From Mesotaenium endlicherianum (taxonomy: Eukaryota), in the NCBI GenBank assembly GCA_009602735.1, contig WELA01001462.1, positions 238,895-302,894 of the forward strand: a stretch of 64,000 nucleotides of DNA. The letters are read 5' to 3'. How positions within the stretch are numbered: position 1 is the stretch's first letter; every line of letters starts with the position of its first letter. The notes beneath the pieces are model-generated. The model had not been told where the DNA came from. It saw only the letters and a list, made by a program, of their open reading frames with translations, and searched no databases. The position numbers and the translations under genes were made by a program. This document shows positions 38,889 through 52,200 of this stretch, piece after piece.

Positions 38889-40585
38889 TTAGAATCGCAG
38901 TCGCCGAATCTGCGCTGGCCGTGCCGGACTGCGTGCACGCGCCACGTGGAAGGACGTGTGCGCCGCTGGCGTGCGCAGCTGCTGCTGTGGCTGCCGAGCT
39001 GCGATCTTGTAGCTGGCTACTCGGCAAGCCTCGCGCCGCCGTGCGAGGTGTGAGCGGACGCGTGAGCGCGCGAATGTGCGCGTGGCTGCTGGCAAGAGCG
39101 GCTTGGCCTGCCGAACACGTGGCAAGGGTCGGCGCCTGCTGGACCCTGCTGCTTGCAGCAGCCAGCAGGGTGAGACCCTCCTGGCGTTGCCGGCTGGTGC
39201 GCAAATCTGCGCACGGAATGGCGACGCGTACGGCGAGGGCCGCAGCAGCCGTGTGTGCTGCAGACGTGTCACTCAGCTGGCGAGCAAGCCCTGTCGCGAC
39301 AGCTGACGATACGCAGACTGCTGGCAGCACTGCTGGCGTCAGCAGGACGGCACAGACAAGAGGGGCTGCCAAAGCCTGCGGCTGTGTTGGGGTGTGTGCC
39401 GGATCGTTAGGGGCGCGTTGGGAGCTGCAACGCCTGTGACGTCGGGTAGCGGGACCGAGTGCGCCTGCAGCCTGCCATCTGGCAGCCCGACCGGACGAGT
39501 GCAACGGCTGCTGACGGACATCAGCGCAGAGTGCGCAGGTCTGGCAGAAGCGTCTGCGCAGACGTATGCGGCGCTGGTCGCCGTAGCTCTGTCGTGGGGC
39601 GGGCGCGTGCAAGGCTGCAGCGCTGCTATAGCGCCAGGTGCCAGCCTCTGGGGCTGCCACGTGTAGGCGTCATGAAAGTGCGCAGGAGCTGCGCAAACGC
39701 CAGCTGTCGGAGCCGAGGCGTCGAACTGCGGGACGCGTGCGAAGAGGGCTCCGCACGCGTCGTAACTGTCGGTAGCGACGAGGCCACGGAGTCTGGCGAT
39801 CTCTGCGTTGGCCTCTACGAGGGCGTCGCTGACGTTGTTGAAACTGTAGTAATCGGCTCCGGAGGTCAGCGCGGCGTCCATCGTAGCTGGGGTTGCAATC
39901 ATCGAGGGACGTCCACCCGTGCGAGGGGTATGCATGCCCCGAAGTCCTGCTGTTGGCGCAGGACAGTCACGAGCCCGTCCGTTCTTGGCGTCGCGCTTCT
40001 TCTGCAGGCATACAATTCGCAGGTAGCCGGCCTTGCCACAGTAGGTGCAGTCACCGGGCTTGCCATTCTGCGCAATAGTGCAGTTCTGGCGAGAGTGGCC
40101 CGTCTTCCCGCAAGACCAACAGGGGTCACTCGTCGTGGCGGCCATGGAAATGCGGCCACGCGGAGCCCCGCGCTGCTGGGTCTGCTGGGACAGCTGAGAG
40201 CGCTGAGGCTGCTGCTGCTGTTGGGGCTGGCGAGCCGAAACTGGGCGCATTGTCGTGGATGGCAGCACCGAAGACTCCTGGCGTACTCCCGTGGATGCGA
40301 GGCCTACACGATCGCTAATGTTGCTCCGTGCGGCGGCCAAGCTCTGCTTCTCGACTGAGAGGTAAGCGTCCTCCAGCGAGTACTCGGAGCCAATGTGGTG
40401 GATGAGAGGAGCCATGGCTCGCTCCCTCAAACGTGGCTCTACGGCGCGCAAGAAGATCTCCGCTGCCTCCCGGTCAGTGACGGTGCCAACGTCTCGGCGA
40501 AGGTGCGTCAAGCGGCGGTACATCATGCGGATTGTCTCATTCTTGCGGCGGAAGAAGTGGTGCAGCTGACTTTCGCATTGTTCTC
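38889..40585 (-). mobile_element. GC-rich foreign gag fragment with two zinc knuckles inserted in chromovirus A
   Basis: Abrupt rise in GC and CpG; encodes CWSCGKTGHSRQNC and CTYCGKAGYLRIVC; family A protease-like sequence resumes at ~38888 (ETLTFEVLNTGFYGLVLG). Boundaries approximate. Confidence 0.75.
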
Positions 40586-40812
40586 CTGACTTAGCAAGGA
40601 AATGTTGGACATCAAGTGGAACAAGATCATCCAGAGTGTGTACTCTGTGGAGGTCTATTTTGCTGATGGTCTCCTTTATCTGTTTGTCAGGCATGCATAG
40701 TGAATCCAGTTCAGCAGGACCCGTAATATCTGCTACGAGGGCAGCTAGTGACGACTCACTATCTCTACCATCCTCACAGTCAGTAGACTGGATTACTGAC
40801 AGTTGCTATCTT

Positions 40813-42269
40813 TTAAGGCTGGTCTTTTCTCTCAACCTTTGGGAGGTGCTTGACTGGACACTGCTCTCTGAAGTGACCCAACTGCTGGCAATGGAAGCAA
40901 ACAGATTTTGCAGAGGCTGGTCTCGGCTTAGTCCTACCACCACCTCTTCCATAGCCACCTCCAGAGTAACCACCTCTCCCTCTAGACTGTATAGCATTAT
41001 ACTCATACTCGTACTCATCACCCGGATCATCCTCAGCCTGGTCTCCTTCAATTGCATTGTAGGACTCGTGGAGCTTTTTGACAATCTTAGACACCAAAGC
41101 ATTACTCTGGCGCTTGTGATTGAACTGCTACTGATCCCAGGCATCAGCATCCTGGATCAAGTCAGCCAATTTTTCTTACTTCTTCTCAGCAAAATGACCC
41201 GAGACTTCGGATTTCAAGCCATACTTGAAGTATGCTATCCTATATCGCTCTGGCAAGTCTGGCTGCTTCATCATGTTCTCCTAGAACTTTTGAGAAACTC
41301 AGCAACTGAAGTAGTTTGCTTCAGTGTCAAGGAGATCATTGCATAGATAGCTTTCTCCTGCTGGTTGATGACTTCAAACTTCTCATGCAGTTTCTCGACA
41401 AACTCTACTCAAGTAGGGTCACCGAGTTGCTGAGCCTTACGCTCTCCTTTCCAATACAGCCACCAGTCTTCTGCACTGCCTTTCAGTAGGGCATTAGTGT
41501 GCCTGACCTTCTCGTAATCTTGCAATCCTGGGTAGTTCTCCAGCCACTGCTCAACATCAGCGAGAAACTTGATCAGGTAATACTGTTTGTCTCCCTCAGG
41601 ATCATAATCCTGGGGAGGTTTCGGCTTAGGCATACTAGGCCCTCTGCCACCACCACCAGTGATTTGAGAACCCAGTTGGTCTCTGTCCTGCAGCAGTGAC
41701 ATTCTGATTCTTTTGTCAACCTGTTGGGACTGATTCATGCTCGTCATTTGCGATTGCATTTGCACAAATAATGCTTCCAAATCCACACTCTGAGGTGGGA
41801 GTCTAACAAATGCAGCAGTAGCAGTGGCATCCACTCGCTGAGTAGTGTCCTCAACAGTCCCTCTCGCTCTTGCAGCAACAACTCTTGCCGCATTCAGCCG
41901 GTCACGAACTTGACCTAGAGGCACATTGAGTTGTACAGCAAGAGGTGGGTTCAGAACATTGGCCCTTGCTGCCATAAGTTCTTCGACAGTGCGCTTGTCC
42001 GTTGGCTGTCCTTCCCTCCATTCTGTATCTTCAGCAGCCTTTGCTAATCGTTCAACTTCTAATCTGGCTCTCTCCTCCTCAGCCTGCTGTGTTGCGACTG
42101 CGGCAATAGCAGCTGCCTCATCTGTTGCCTCTCTAGCTGTAACATCTGCCACTGCTTCAGAATAGGTACGGGTTCCCGCTATATGACTTTCAGCCTGATT
42201 TTCGACATTCTCGTTATCCTGGTTCTCCATGTCTCGGAAGTTGCTAGTTTGAGACCTTGTCCTTACCAT
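40813..42269 (-). pseudogene. gag of chromovirus A (interrupted by stops)
   Basis: Starts MVRTRSQ just after the PBS; retrotransposon-gag-like LLKGSAEDWW; zinc knuckle CFHCQQLGHFREQC at ~40900. Confidence 0.85.
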
Positions 42270-43840
42270 ACAAAGAAGAGTGTGATAACTGCTCCGATAC
42301 CACTGAAATGAATCGACTTACCAAATAGGCGATTAACAATTAATGAAGATCTTTATATCACCAAGTAATCTTTCTGGTATTTTTTGTTAATTGATTCATC
42401 AGCAAAAGACAAACTAGCGTGTACAATACTCGCAAGTCAAATGGAAGTAAACTAGCATCAATAATGCAATCAGTAAACTCGTACATAAGCAAGGCTAGAA
42501 GACAATACATATCAATGGCTTCTCACCTTAGATTCATATATCTCTCCGTAAGCTTTACAAGTGAGTTGGCCTCGTTTCCAAATGCCGAACTCGAGAGCAA
42601 TACCTAGCATATGTACATGGAATGAGTCTACTGTTCAACGGCCAGTGCAATGGCACCGCCTACCCAGGAGTTAACCACGTCGGGAGGACCTCGATTCACC
42701 AAATCCACCGCCATCTCCCATCATCCCAAATCGCCATCCATCCTAAGGATGTCATCTGGCCACTCATCTAGCACACCACATTTAGATGCATATCTAGGCA
42801 GTTTGCTGCTACCGAGTACGGAAGTCAGTTGGCTGTCAAAGCATGTGTCAGCAAGCTGACCTAAGTTTACTTCAGCCTGCTGCTCCCGGCTGAGTCATTA
42901 AATTGATTATTTTACAAGGTCCAGCAGACTCAATATTAACTAAAGTTCAGCAGGCTGAACTTATTTAACTATAATATTTAAATGAATCTTATATCTACCA
43001 ATATATTGATTCATTACATGATGGCTGCTATGTTCCTCATTAGTTGGAGATAGAGAGAGAACATAAGCGGTGGAGCATTAGGAAGAGAATTGTCCCGGTT
43101 TAGACTTGGGAGCATGAGAGAATGAGGGCAAAGCGTTGATAGAAATCGGGAAGTGTGATCCTTAGTGTAACTTCAGACATATAAAGCTAAGTGCTGGAAT
43201 CAGCACTGTCAGAAAGTATAAGTACTAGCAAATATAAGACTTGGGCGGTTGGCTGCTCTTACTCTCTCTCATACACTGGCTCTCTCTAGGCTAAGCTGAA
43301 AGCATATTGGCAAAAGCGCGTGAAATGGAAAGCGTGTGCAAAAGAAGATAAAAGTAAGCGGCATCGCAGAAAATGAGTTGTCAGCCACGAGAAGGTGTGG
43401 CGCGAACTCGTGCTACACACCCTATCTTTGGGACGAATCCACCAAGCATTGTGGTCGGTCCCCTATCCCACCCACTAACTAATGACCCGATCAATCGGTG
43501 GAATCTGGGATGAGTCGGTGAGCCCATATTGCCCCACGACTTGCGGTGGCGAGGCGCGTGTGTGGGTCGGTGGGCACCATTAGTTCAGAGGGCTCCTCAC
43601 GGCAGCTCAAAAGCGACCTCATGAGGGGACTAGGGACTCAACACAACTCAGACCCAGACTCTCCTAGGTGCCTGGTTCTCACCTACCAACTCACCCCCCC
43701 AAGGATGCAAGTTCTAATAGGCTCCTCGACAAGAAGCAGCAGGCGACAAGCAACCATTTGACAGCTATTATGCTTGAAGCTGTCTGGAACTAACCATGTC
43801 GGTGATCCTAGAGAATGAACACAATTATGTTGAACGGCAG

Positions 43841-43986
43841 TGGGCAAACCCCCCTACTGCTAAGTGGGGGAAAAGCCCACATGCCTTCTTGGAATGAGCA
43901 AACAAAATAATTATTTCAACACTAAACTAATACTTAGAGAGAGAGTCTGTAATAGAGCACCAGCACTGAGCATGAACTATGAAACA
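43841..43986 (-). repeat. LTR end (family D) adjoining a PPT; duplicated at ~32441-32588
   Basis: On - strand reads GGGAGGGG|TGTTTCAT at 43994-43979; ~145-bp near-identical copy at 32441-32588. Confidence 0.7.
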
Positions 43987-44418
43987 CCCCTCCCAGTTGA
44001 GGTGGAGGGACCAAAAGGGAGAACCGACAAGGAAGCTGTAGACGGCGTAGGGTTGGTGAGATTAGAGACCAAGGCCTCAGGCGAAGAGCTGGAGAAGAAA
44101 TCGGGCGAGATGTACTTGTGCGAGAATGTCTGGAGCGTAGTAACAGGATAAACATCCAGAATGGAGTAGAGGTCGGGGTTGACAACGGAGCGGCGACCGT
44201 CAGCGAAAGGAGTAGAATGGCAGTCGGGGCAAAGGAGAAGAAGTCGTTGGTCAGCGTCTAGCGCATGCTAGGCGTAAGTAGGGGCGGCGGTTGAGAAGCG
44301 TCGGAGAGCAGCGACTGCTCCCACCAGGATGAGGGTACAAACGCGTCCACACCTGCGCGAAGAAAGAGCAGAGCGGCGAAACAGGGTACGCACAGGTGGG
44401 AGTGCTATCCTAAGCAGG

Positions 44419-44555
44419 ACAGAGGGGACAGTGTTAGGTGCCCGCGGGGACACGAGCAAGGGGGGGACTAAGGCAAGAGAGATGCCAACCTTGGTTACCA
44501 ACATTGCAGAGGAGCATGAATGCAGGACGGTTAGCAGAACCACAGTGTGTGCAAG
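44419..44555 (-). pseudogene. PHD finger at the C-terminus of the family B integrase
   Basis: CTHC..MLLCNVGNQGWHLSCLSPPLARVPAGT*HCPLC matches the C4HC3 pattern, with one Cys lost and the conserved Trp replaced by a stop. Confidence 0.85.
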
Positions 44556-47500
44556 GGCGATTAGCGGGGACAGTAGCAAGCAAAGGGTCAATTTTGTGGC
44601 GGATATTTGGAAGATGGCAAGGTGCGCAGTTGGGAGTATGCTCACAAAGTGTGCGCCTACCGGATCCCTCAATCGTGAGAACCCCATTAGGTGAGACAGT
44701 GCGGACGCGTAAGATCACGAGACCAGCCTGGACGTCTAAAGTGTCCTTGGTTTTGCGTTGCAGATAGACATAGTCCTCAGGTTCAAACTTAACCAGGCGC
44801 GATTTATAAACTCCGCTGCGCAGGCGGGCATAGCGGCGTGTGTCCCGGTGTTGTGCAATTAACAGGTTATGGAAACACGACGTTGGAAGAGGAGGGTGCG
44901 CTCTCAAAGGTGGGAGAGAAGAAAATCAGGATTTTCTAAGTCCAGAGATATAGTGAGGCAACGGCGGAGAGTAGAGGGGAGCAGGGGCTCACGTCCATAG
45001 AGGAGTAAGTAAGGGGAGTAGGTGCGGAGGGAAGCCTGGTTGCTAAAGTTATAACCCATGGCCAGCCTGGGTATGTGGAGGTCCTAATCGCTAACATCAT
45101 GAGCCAGACCGTACTTGCGCAAGCCCCGTTTCACAATCTAAACCACCCGCTCGGCCAGACTATCAGCCTGGGGGTGATCACGGGACGTGGTTCAATGGTC
45201 AATGAATGCGCGTTCCAGGAGGGTAGATAACTCACCTTCAAACTCCGACCCTTGATCCGTCAGGTCTTCAGCACAGGTCCCAAAGCGACACAATACGCGC
45301 TCTATGAAGGCGACAGCCACATACCCACTGGACTTGTCAACCAAGTTAACGAGCTCAATCCATTTGGTGAAATGCTCGATCACAACGAGCACATAACGAT
45401 GCACGCGCCGGGACACGGGCAGGGGCCTGCTAGATTCAAAGACCACCGGTACAACATCCCACGAATGAGCAACGGCTGAAGCGTGGATGGAGTAGCATTG
45501 AAACTAGTGCGCACCTAATTGCAGATCGTGCAAGATCGGAGAACAACAGCGCCTTTAGTGACCATCCCTACCCACCAGTTGTCAGCTCGGAGCAGGGCAG
45601 CCGTACGACGGGCCCCAAAGTGTCCTAATTCTAAGTGGACGCGATAAATGAGAGCACTACGTTCTGCGACCTACGGTACCACCTTCTAGACACCCCAAAG
45701 GACCCGAAAAAGAGACCCGTCTTGCCAGCGGTAGCGCAGATTGCATTGCAAGATTTTATCGCGCTCACCGAGCGCCACGCCGACAGGCATTAGCTGACTA
45801 CGTAGGTAGGTGAGAACAGGGGTGTCATTCCAGACATCAGTAGAGAGAGGAGAGGTGTTAGGTTCGTCCAGATTCAAGACAGGGACTGAAGAAGACAATC
45901 CGAGAAAGTAAGACGCATGCCAAGCTGGCAATAGGTGCTCTTGCAGCTGGGAGGCGTCACGAGCACTCGTGGAATCGGCTTCAGAGGGATCAGGGTTGCG
46001 GCTGAGACCGTCGGCATCCTGATGCGCAAGTCCGGCCTTGTGTTCAAGCGTAAACTTGTACTCTTGTAGTATTAATGCCCAACGCGCATGCTTCCCGATG
46101 AGACGTTGGTTTGTCACGAGCCAGCGCAATGGTTGGTGAACAGTGTTCAACGTGAAGTGAATTCTGTAGAGGTAAGGTCGGAAGTGCACTACCCCCCAGA
46201 CTGCTGCCAGACATTCTCCTTCGTAGGAGCTGTAGTTCTTTTTGGCGGAGTTATTACTACGATTCGCATAGGCCACTACGTACTCGTGACTCTCGTGGTC
46301 GGGTTGAGCTAAAACAACGCCCAATCCCAGGTGGCTCCAGTCTGTATGAAGCACAAACAAACGCTTGTAATCAGGGCAATTTAAAATAGGCGCGGAAGCT
46401 AGCAGGACTTTCAGATGCTCGAACGCTGTCTGACACGCTAGAGTCCATTCCCACATGACCTCTTTCTTGAGCAAGGCGTTCAAGGATGCAGCTACGGTGC
46501 TAAACTTGGAACAAAAGGGGCGGTAGTAACCTGTGATTCCCATAAACGCACGTAAACGCGAGACATTGGTAGGTAATGGCAGACGCTGAATAGCGCCAAC
46601 TTTAACCTGCAACGGCGTGAGACCCTCGGGTACTATGTAGTGACCCAAATATGCTACTGACAGCGTGGTGATCTTGCACTTGCTCGGATGGCAGCGTAGT
46701 CCAGCTTGACGCAAACGTTGTAAAACAATCTATACGTGCGTGAGATGCTCTGAAACTGAGCGGCTGAAAATAAGGACGTCATTTATGTAGCATCTGGCGA
46801 ACGCAACTTCCGCTAGCACCCGATCCATGACTCGCTGAAAACGGGCGGGCGCGTTCTTAAGCCCAAAGGGCATCATGCCCCACTGGTACAGACAGTTGCT
46901 GAGCCCCCCAAAACGTTAACTTATACTTATCCTTTAGGTCTATAAGGATTTGGTTGAAGCCCTGTCGGAGATCTAACACGCAGAACACACAAACGTCCTC
47001 TATTGTATAGAAGATATCCTCAGCTAGCGGCATAGGGTAGCGATGGAGTTTGGTAACACTGTTTAACTCGCGGTAATCGCTGCACATGCGTTTTTCGGTG
47101 TAATTTCCCTCTAGATCTTTTTTTGCGGGCGTGACAGTCGAGGCTACGAAGTCAGACACGGAGTCCTCAATTAGGCCTGTCTTCAACAGTTCTGCACACT
47201 TTTCTTCGATAATATCCCTCTCTACCTTGCTGTGACGGTATGGTCTTCTAAAAACGGGTTCGGAGGTGGTTAACTCAACATTCATGTGCGAGATTGTGCA
47301 AACGCCTAAGTCCATGATCGTGCGTGCGAAGCAATCCTCATTGCTGGCTAGCAGGGCTAAGAATTGGGTGGCCTCATCCTCCGTTAATTGTGCTCCGAGA
47401 TCCCATGCTAACGGCGCAAGTGTCGGAACTAAGGTGCTCAAAGATGAAACCGTTAACTGCTATGCGCACGTGGGAAGACTAGCGCGGAGTCTAGGCAAAG

Positions 47501-47589
47501 CGAGAAGTGAGGTGAAAGGGAGAAGGGTGCGGGGAGTGCGCCCACACGCACTCACGCACCCTCACGCGCGAGTAGAAGCGTGCACGAGG

Positions 47590-48227
47590 ACCTTTCCTAG
47601 TTGCATACACAAGGTGGAGTGGCCTGGTGGTGTGCCACCCTTGCAAGAGTAAGAGAGCTACATGAGAGAGGAGTGGAAAAAGACCTCACTTGATGAAGAA
47701 AAGTCGTGTACAAGATAAGAAGCTTAATCTGGACTAGACAAGACCCCCTCTCCTTCCTTGTGCTTTCTATTTATGCTTCAACTCTTAGTGTCCTCTCTAG
47801 CAAAGTACTCTAGAACCTTCTACTATGGCTCCTTCCATGTAGGTGACCTTGCCTAGTTGGACAAGCTAGCACACTCACACGCACACATTTACGCTCTAGA
47901 ATATTCTACTACACAATCCACTAACTCCTCACGGAGTTTCTAGAAATTCCACAATCACTTTGGCACTCTACGTAATCGTACGTAGTTTCTGGAACCCTCA
48001 TGATTCAATGTCCTACTTTCTGGACTCCAACCAAAATTTTTGTCACTAAACCTGTCCTTGTCACTAAATTAAATCTGTGACACTAAAAGCTCACTAAAAA
48101 CTCCCAAAACTCATGTTTCCTAATACTTGTCCAAATGACTTGAACTAAAGGTCAAAGTTCTTCTAAACTCACACTCTATGCATATAAAATGCTAGTAAAA
48201 TACAAACCACACTTTCATAACCTTACA
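47590..48227. mobile_element. AT-rich LTR-like insertion between the methyltransferase and RT of family B
   Basis: Composition shift, no ORF, ends CCTTACA; possible TSD CGAGG/TGAGG. The left terminus is not a canonical TG. Confidence 0.5.
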
Positions 48228-48324
48228 TGAGGAGAAACCCCCCCCTTGGCCGAAAGAGGAGAGATGGTAGAGCGAAACAGCGTGCTAGGGAGTGTGTGTG
48301 CATGTGTTAAGAACAGGAAGAATT

Positions 48325-49275
48325 GAGAAGAGCCACGTGAGGACGTGAACGTCCATGACACGGCCCAGCAGCTGGCAGCGTTGGGAATCAGAGAGGGACG
48401 AGGAGATAGTAGCAGAGGGGAAAAATCCGAGAGCGACTTCACGTTTGAGGGCATTAGGTTCGACGTATTGGGAAAGTGTGGGTCAAAGTGCATGCCCGGC
48501 CCGAAGTTGCGGAAAGCGTAAAACGACGGACGACTGACCAGGGTAGGGAAGGCGGCACGAGGGTGACCGGGTCGGTTAATGCCACAAGAAGACGAGTGGT
48601 CCACAGTCTAGACCTCTATGGGACAGCGGTGGGACGAGAGGATGGAGGAGAGGAGGAGGGAGGGAGGAGAAGCATGGAGTGTGGAGACTAAGAAGCGGAA
48701 GTGAGAGGGACTGAGGAAATTTTGTCAAAATGCGCGAGAACGGTGCGCGTAGGAACCGATCGCGACAGCGTCGCGAACGACTGCAGGACCAAGAATAGAG
48801 GTGACTGTGAGAAAGTCGTGACGAACAGTGGAACGAGCGTCGTCGGCAAAATAGACATTCTCTACGAGGTAAGCGAGCGGGTGACTTTGGTGGGACAGGA
48901 GGTGACTGAGGATCCAAACGAGTTCAAAGAACAGATGAGAACGAGGATCAGACAGACTCAACCCTTTCCCTGCACGGGAGTGACCTTGGCATTCCCACCC
49001 GCCGACTACCAGATCAACGGGACCAAGGGCGGACAAATGGCTGGGTTGTATGAGACAGACGTCTTGTGGCAGGGTAGAATATGCTGTTGTGTGAGATGAA
49101 GGAGGAAGCTGACGAGGGAAGAGGCAACTGAGACGGGAGAGGCGTACAGCGCTGGCCTGACGGGCGAGGAGGTCAATATCACAATAAACATTTTGTGAAA
49201 TAGTATAACTGCTTAACAGAAGGCCTGCGACTAGGGAAGACACTCCAGCAAAGAGGTCGAGGACTACGAGTCCAT
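48325..49275 (-). pseudogene. C5 cytosine DNA methyltransferase domain within retrotransposon pol
   Basis: Motif I VLDLFAG (~49265-49245); II YCDID; III QDV; IV DLVVGGWECQGHSRAG followed by DPRSHLF; VI LVENV (~48860); VIII AHRSRAF*; IX-X EPNALKREVALGF..RCQLLGRVMD (~48460-48350). Confidence 0.9.
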
Positions 49276-52200
49276 TCGGATGGGAAGACCAAGAGACTGG
49301 TGCAGTGTGGAGATGGGGAATGCCCACAAGTGGCGGAAGGTTGGGAACTGATGGGGGTGGACAGAAATTGGAGGAGGAGCGTAAGGCTAATTGAACTCGG
49401 GTCTGTGTGGCAGCTGACATGGTGTAAGTGGAGGCGGTGGAAGGAGTCAGCGTCGACGCGGGCGGGATATCAGTGGTAGCGTCGTGAGAGATGAGGTAGG
49501 AGGAAGACCCCAGGTCAGATGGACACACGTCATCAATGGATACGGCAAACGCGGAATTCACAACGCTGACAGAGAAGCGCACGGGATGAGTGAATACTAC
49601 GGGAAGGTAGCCTATGTGAGCCCCGTTAGACTGGTAGTTGACTCGGTAAGTAGCATTGCCACACTAGGAGTCTATAGCCATCCCCATTAGAAAGTTAAAT
49701 TCTTGACCTGTGAGAACATCGTAGGATGTGGATTCGGTAACCATGCATTGGGCGTAGAGGGTGAGATCTGCTGAGGTGTCGGCATTGAGGGTGATGGGTA
49801 GGCGGCGACGTGTTTGAAATGAGGTGTGAGTGTGCGCGGACATGGTTGTGGAGACTAGGTTTGGACAGAGTTCCAGATCTGCGGACGTAATGCCTAGATT
49901 CTGACACATGACCACCCCAAGAAGGACCAGCTGGGCACCAGTGTCCAAAATAACGACGCGTGGAGCAAGGTACTTAATTAAGAAACACGATTAGCGGTTG
50001 TCCAACATCACATTGCGAGGGAAGGATTGCTGACGAGCCTCTGGAGTAAGAGAAGAGGGTAAAGAATCATACCTGAGGTGGCCCTGCGAGACAAAAGCAG
50101 GCGTGGAAGCGGGAGCGATTGAAGAAGGCTTACCAGGTTTGATGTCGACAGGCGGTAGGCGCGCAGCACCATCGGTGGATGACGTTGGAGGGCTTGCCTC
50201 CTCAGGCTCGATCGTGGCTTGGAAGGCGGCGTCAACGCTGTCGACTGTGGAGGGTATGGTATTGGTACATATGAGGTCTATCATAGAAGGACGGGTGCTG
50301 GTGGTGTCACCGCAGCGGTGGGCGAGCTCCTGCGTGATGCGCCCCTGGGCCAGCACCAACTGGGCAACAGAAAGAACGGGGAGCAAGGTGAAAAACGGCT
50401 GTAGGATTAAGAGGCGGCGGAATGAAGCGGACCACTGGGACCACCGCAGATAGTGAGGAAGAGGGGACAAACGAGGGGGATGAGGGTGAGAGCTTCTTGG
50501 GAAGTTTGGCTGCAAGCTCATCCAGTGCAGAGTCAGTTGCTAACGCTAAAGGCATTACGGGAGTAGACGGCTGAGAAAAGGACGGCTGAGGCGCGGGCAA
50601 AGTGTATGTGACGGTACCAAAAGCGGACATAGTAGTATCAGGGAGAGTTTGCGAGGAAGATGGGGAGCGGCAAGCAGGTTCCAAATCCACGTAGCAGGCA
50701 AGCGTGGCATCGTGGGTAGCTGAAGGAGTCGACATTGGGAGATCGGCCACCACCTGGGCGTAGGACGGTGGTAAGAGGAGGTCCCTTTTGACTGTAGCAG
50801 CAGCGGCCCTGAGGTTGTCACAAATAGCTTGGGTGTAAAATTGTGCCTCCTGAAAGTCTGCTGCCATAATGCATAAGGTGCCTGCAGGCACTCCCCCAAC
50901 CTTCGAGAACCGGAACAGTAGGAGCTGTCCCAAAAGTAGCGAAATGTTCCGAAAAATCCAAAGATCGAGGAATCTGAGCGATAGAGTGTTCGAGGTTGCG
51001 GTTGTGATCAGGCCCACCGGCAAGGGGTGGAGGCGCGGTAACTTCCGTGCATGCAACACGACGAGTGTGCACTGCGTGAATATGGACTGAATCACTGAGC
51101 ACTTCATGCACGCAATAAGCGGAATCAGGTGGGCGGAGAAACGAAAATGGCCTATCCGGCATTTGAGGTTGACGTGGATGAAGACCCACGTAGCTGGCAG
51201 AATCGGGTTGGGACCTGACGCGTCGGTGCATGTCTTGCAAACTGGCCTGGAGAGCTGCCAGTTGTTGTCGCACAACGAACTCGTCGGCTGCTGGCAGAGG
51301 GTAGTGAGTCTGCGGAGAAGGCAGCAGCGGAGGTAGGTGGACCACTGCCCCCGTAGCTGTGGATGGCGGTCGATGTACCCAACTGGGCGGAGCCTTGTGC
51401 GGGTATAGGGTGTAGCAGTCGGCGATGACGTGACCCCTCCTCTTGCAGTGATTGCAGGTGGCGCGTTTAGGAGCCACAGCAGGTTGAGCTCCCATCCTAG
51501 AGATGGCAGGCGTGGACACCTGCACAGCATGTGCACCCGCAGTTGGTTGCTTAGCATGGCGTCAATCAGAGGCTACGACAGCTGCAACCATTTCCAATTG
51601 TTTTACCCAAGCACAAATCTGCTTCAAATTGCGTTTGGCTGGATTGGAAAGAGCGTATTGCTGCTGCAACCTGTCCCACAAAGAAGGCATGGCACGCATA
51701 TATTGAAAGCAAGCGTCATTAGCACCCAAGAAGAGCCCAATATCCTAAATGAGTATACTAATGCGGTGCCGCAACATCAGGGGTGTTTCTCCTGCTCGTC
51801 GCTCCAAACCCCTAATCTCATCCTGGCGAGCCACAGAATCAAGCGAATATGCTTTTCGTAGCTGTTCTAGGAACACAACAACTCGATCCACAGGCGCGTC
51901 TGGGTGTGGGTTGTGGAAGGGAACGTGGACTCTCATTAGTGCTTGGCGCTGCCGCTGCTGCAAGTCTCGTTGTTGTAGATCCAGGGAACGTGCTGCCGCA
52001 ATTTGAATTAGCATTGCATATGCGATTAGGCTTCTCTCCTCCGGATCGGGTTCCTCTATTGCAACCACAGCGAGAGGGTCGGGCAGGGCAGCTCCCCCTC
52101 TCGCTCCTGGAATCAATATTCCTCCCACGAGCACACCACCTCCTCTCGGGCCTCCACCTTCTCCCCCTTCTTTCTCCACCTTCTTGGGCGGCACCCTCAT

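Larger units (their letters stand above)
32647..43018 (-). mobile_element. Full-length degenerate Ty3/gypsy chromovirus (family A)
   Basis: ~715-bp LTRs at 32647-33363 and 42304-43018 (TG..CA). tRNA-iMet PBS TGGTATCGGAGC at 42302-42291; PPT GGAGGGAT adjoining 33363; TSD TTATG/TGATG. Order gag-RT-RNaseH-integrase-chromodomain. Confidence 0.95.
32589..43762. repeat. LTR-like repeat family C, left copy (~0.8 kb, split by chromovirus A: 32589-32646 plus 43019-43762)
   Basis: Both halves align by eye, contiguously, to 53506-54307; ends TGACA. Confidence 0.85.
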
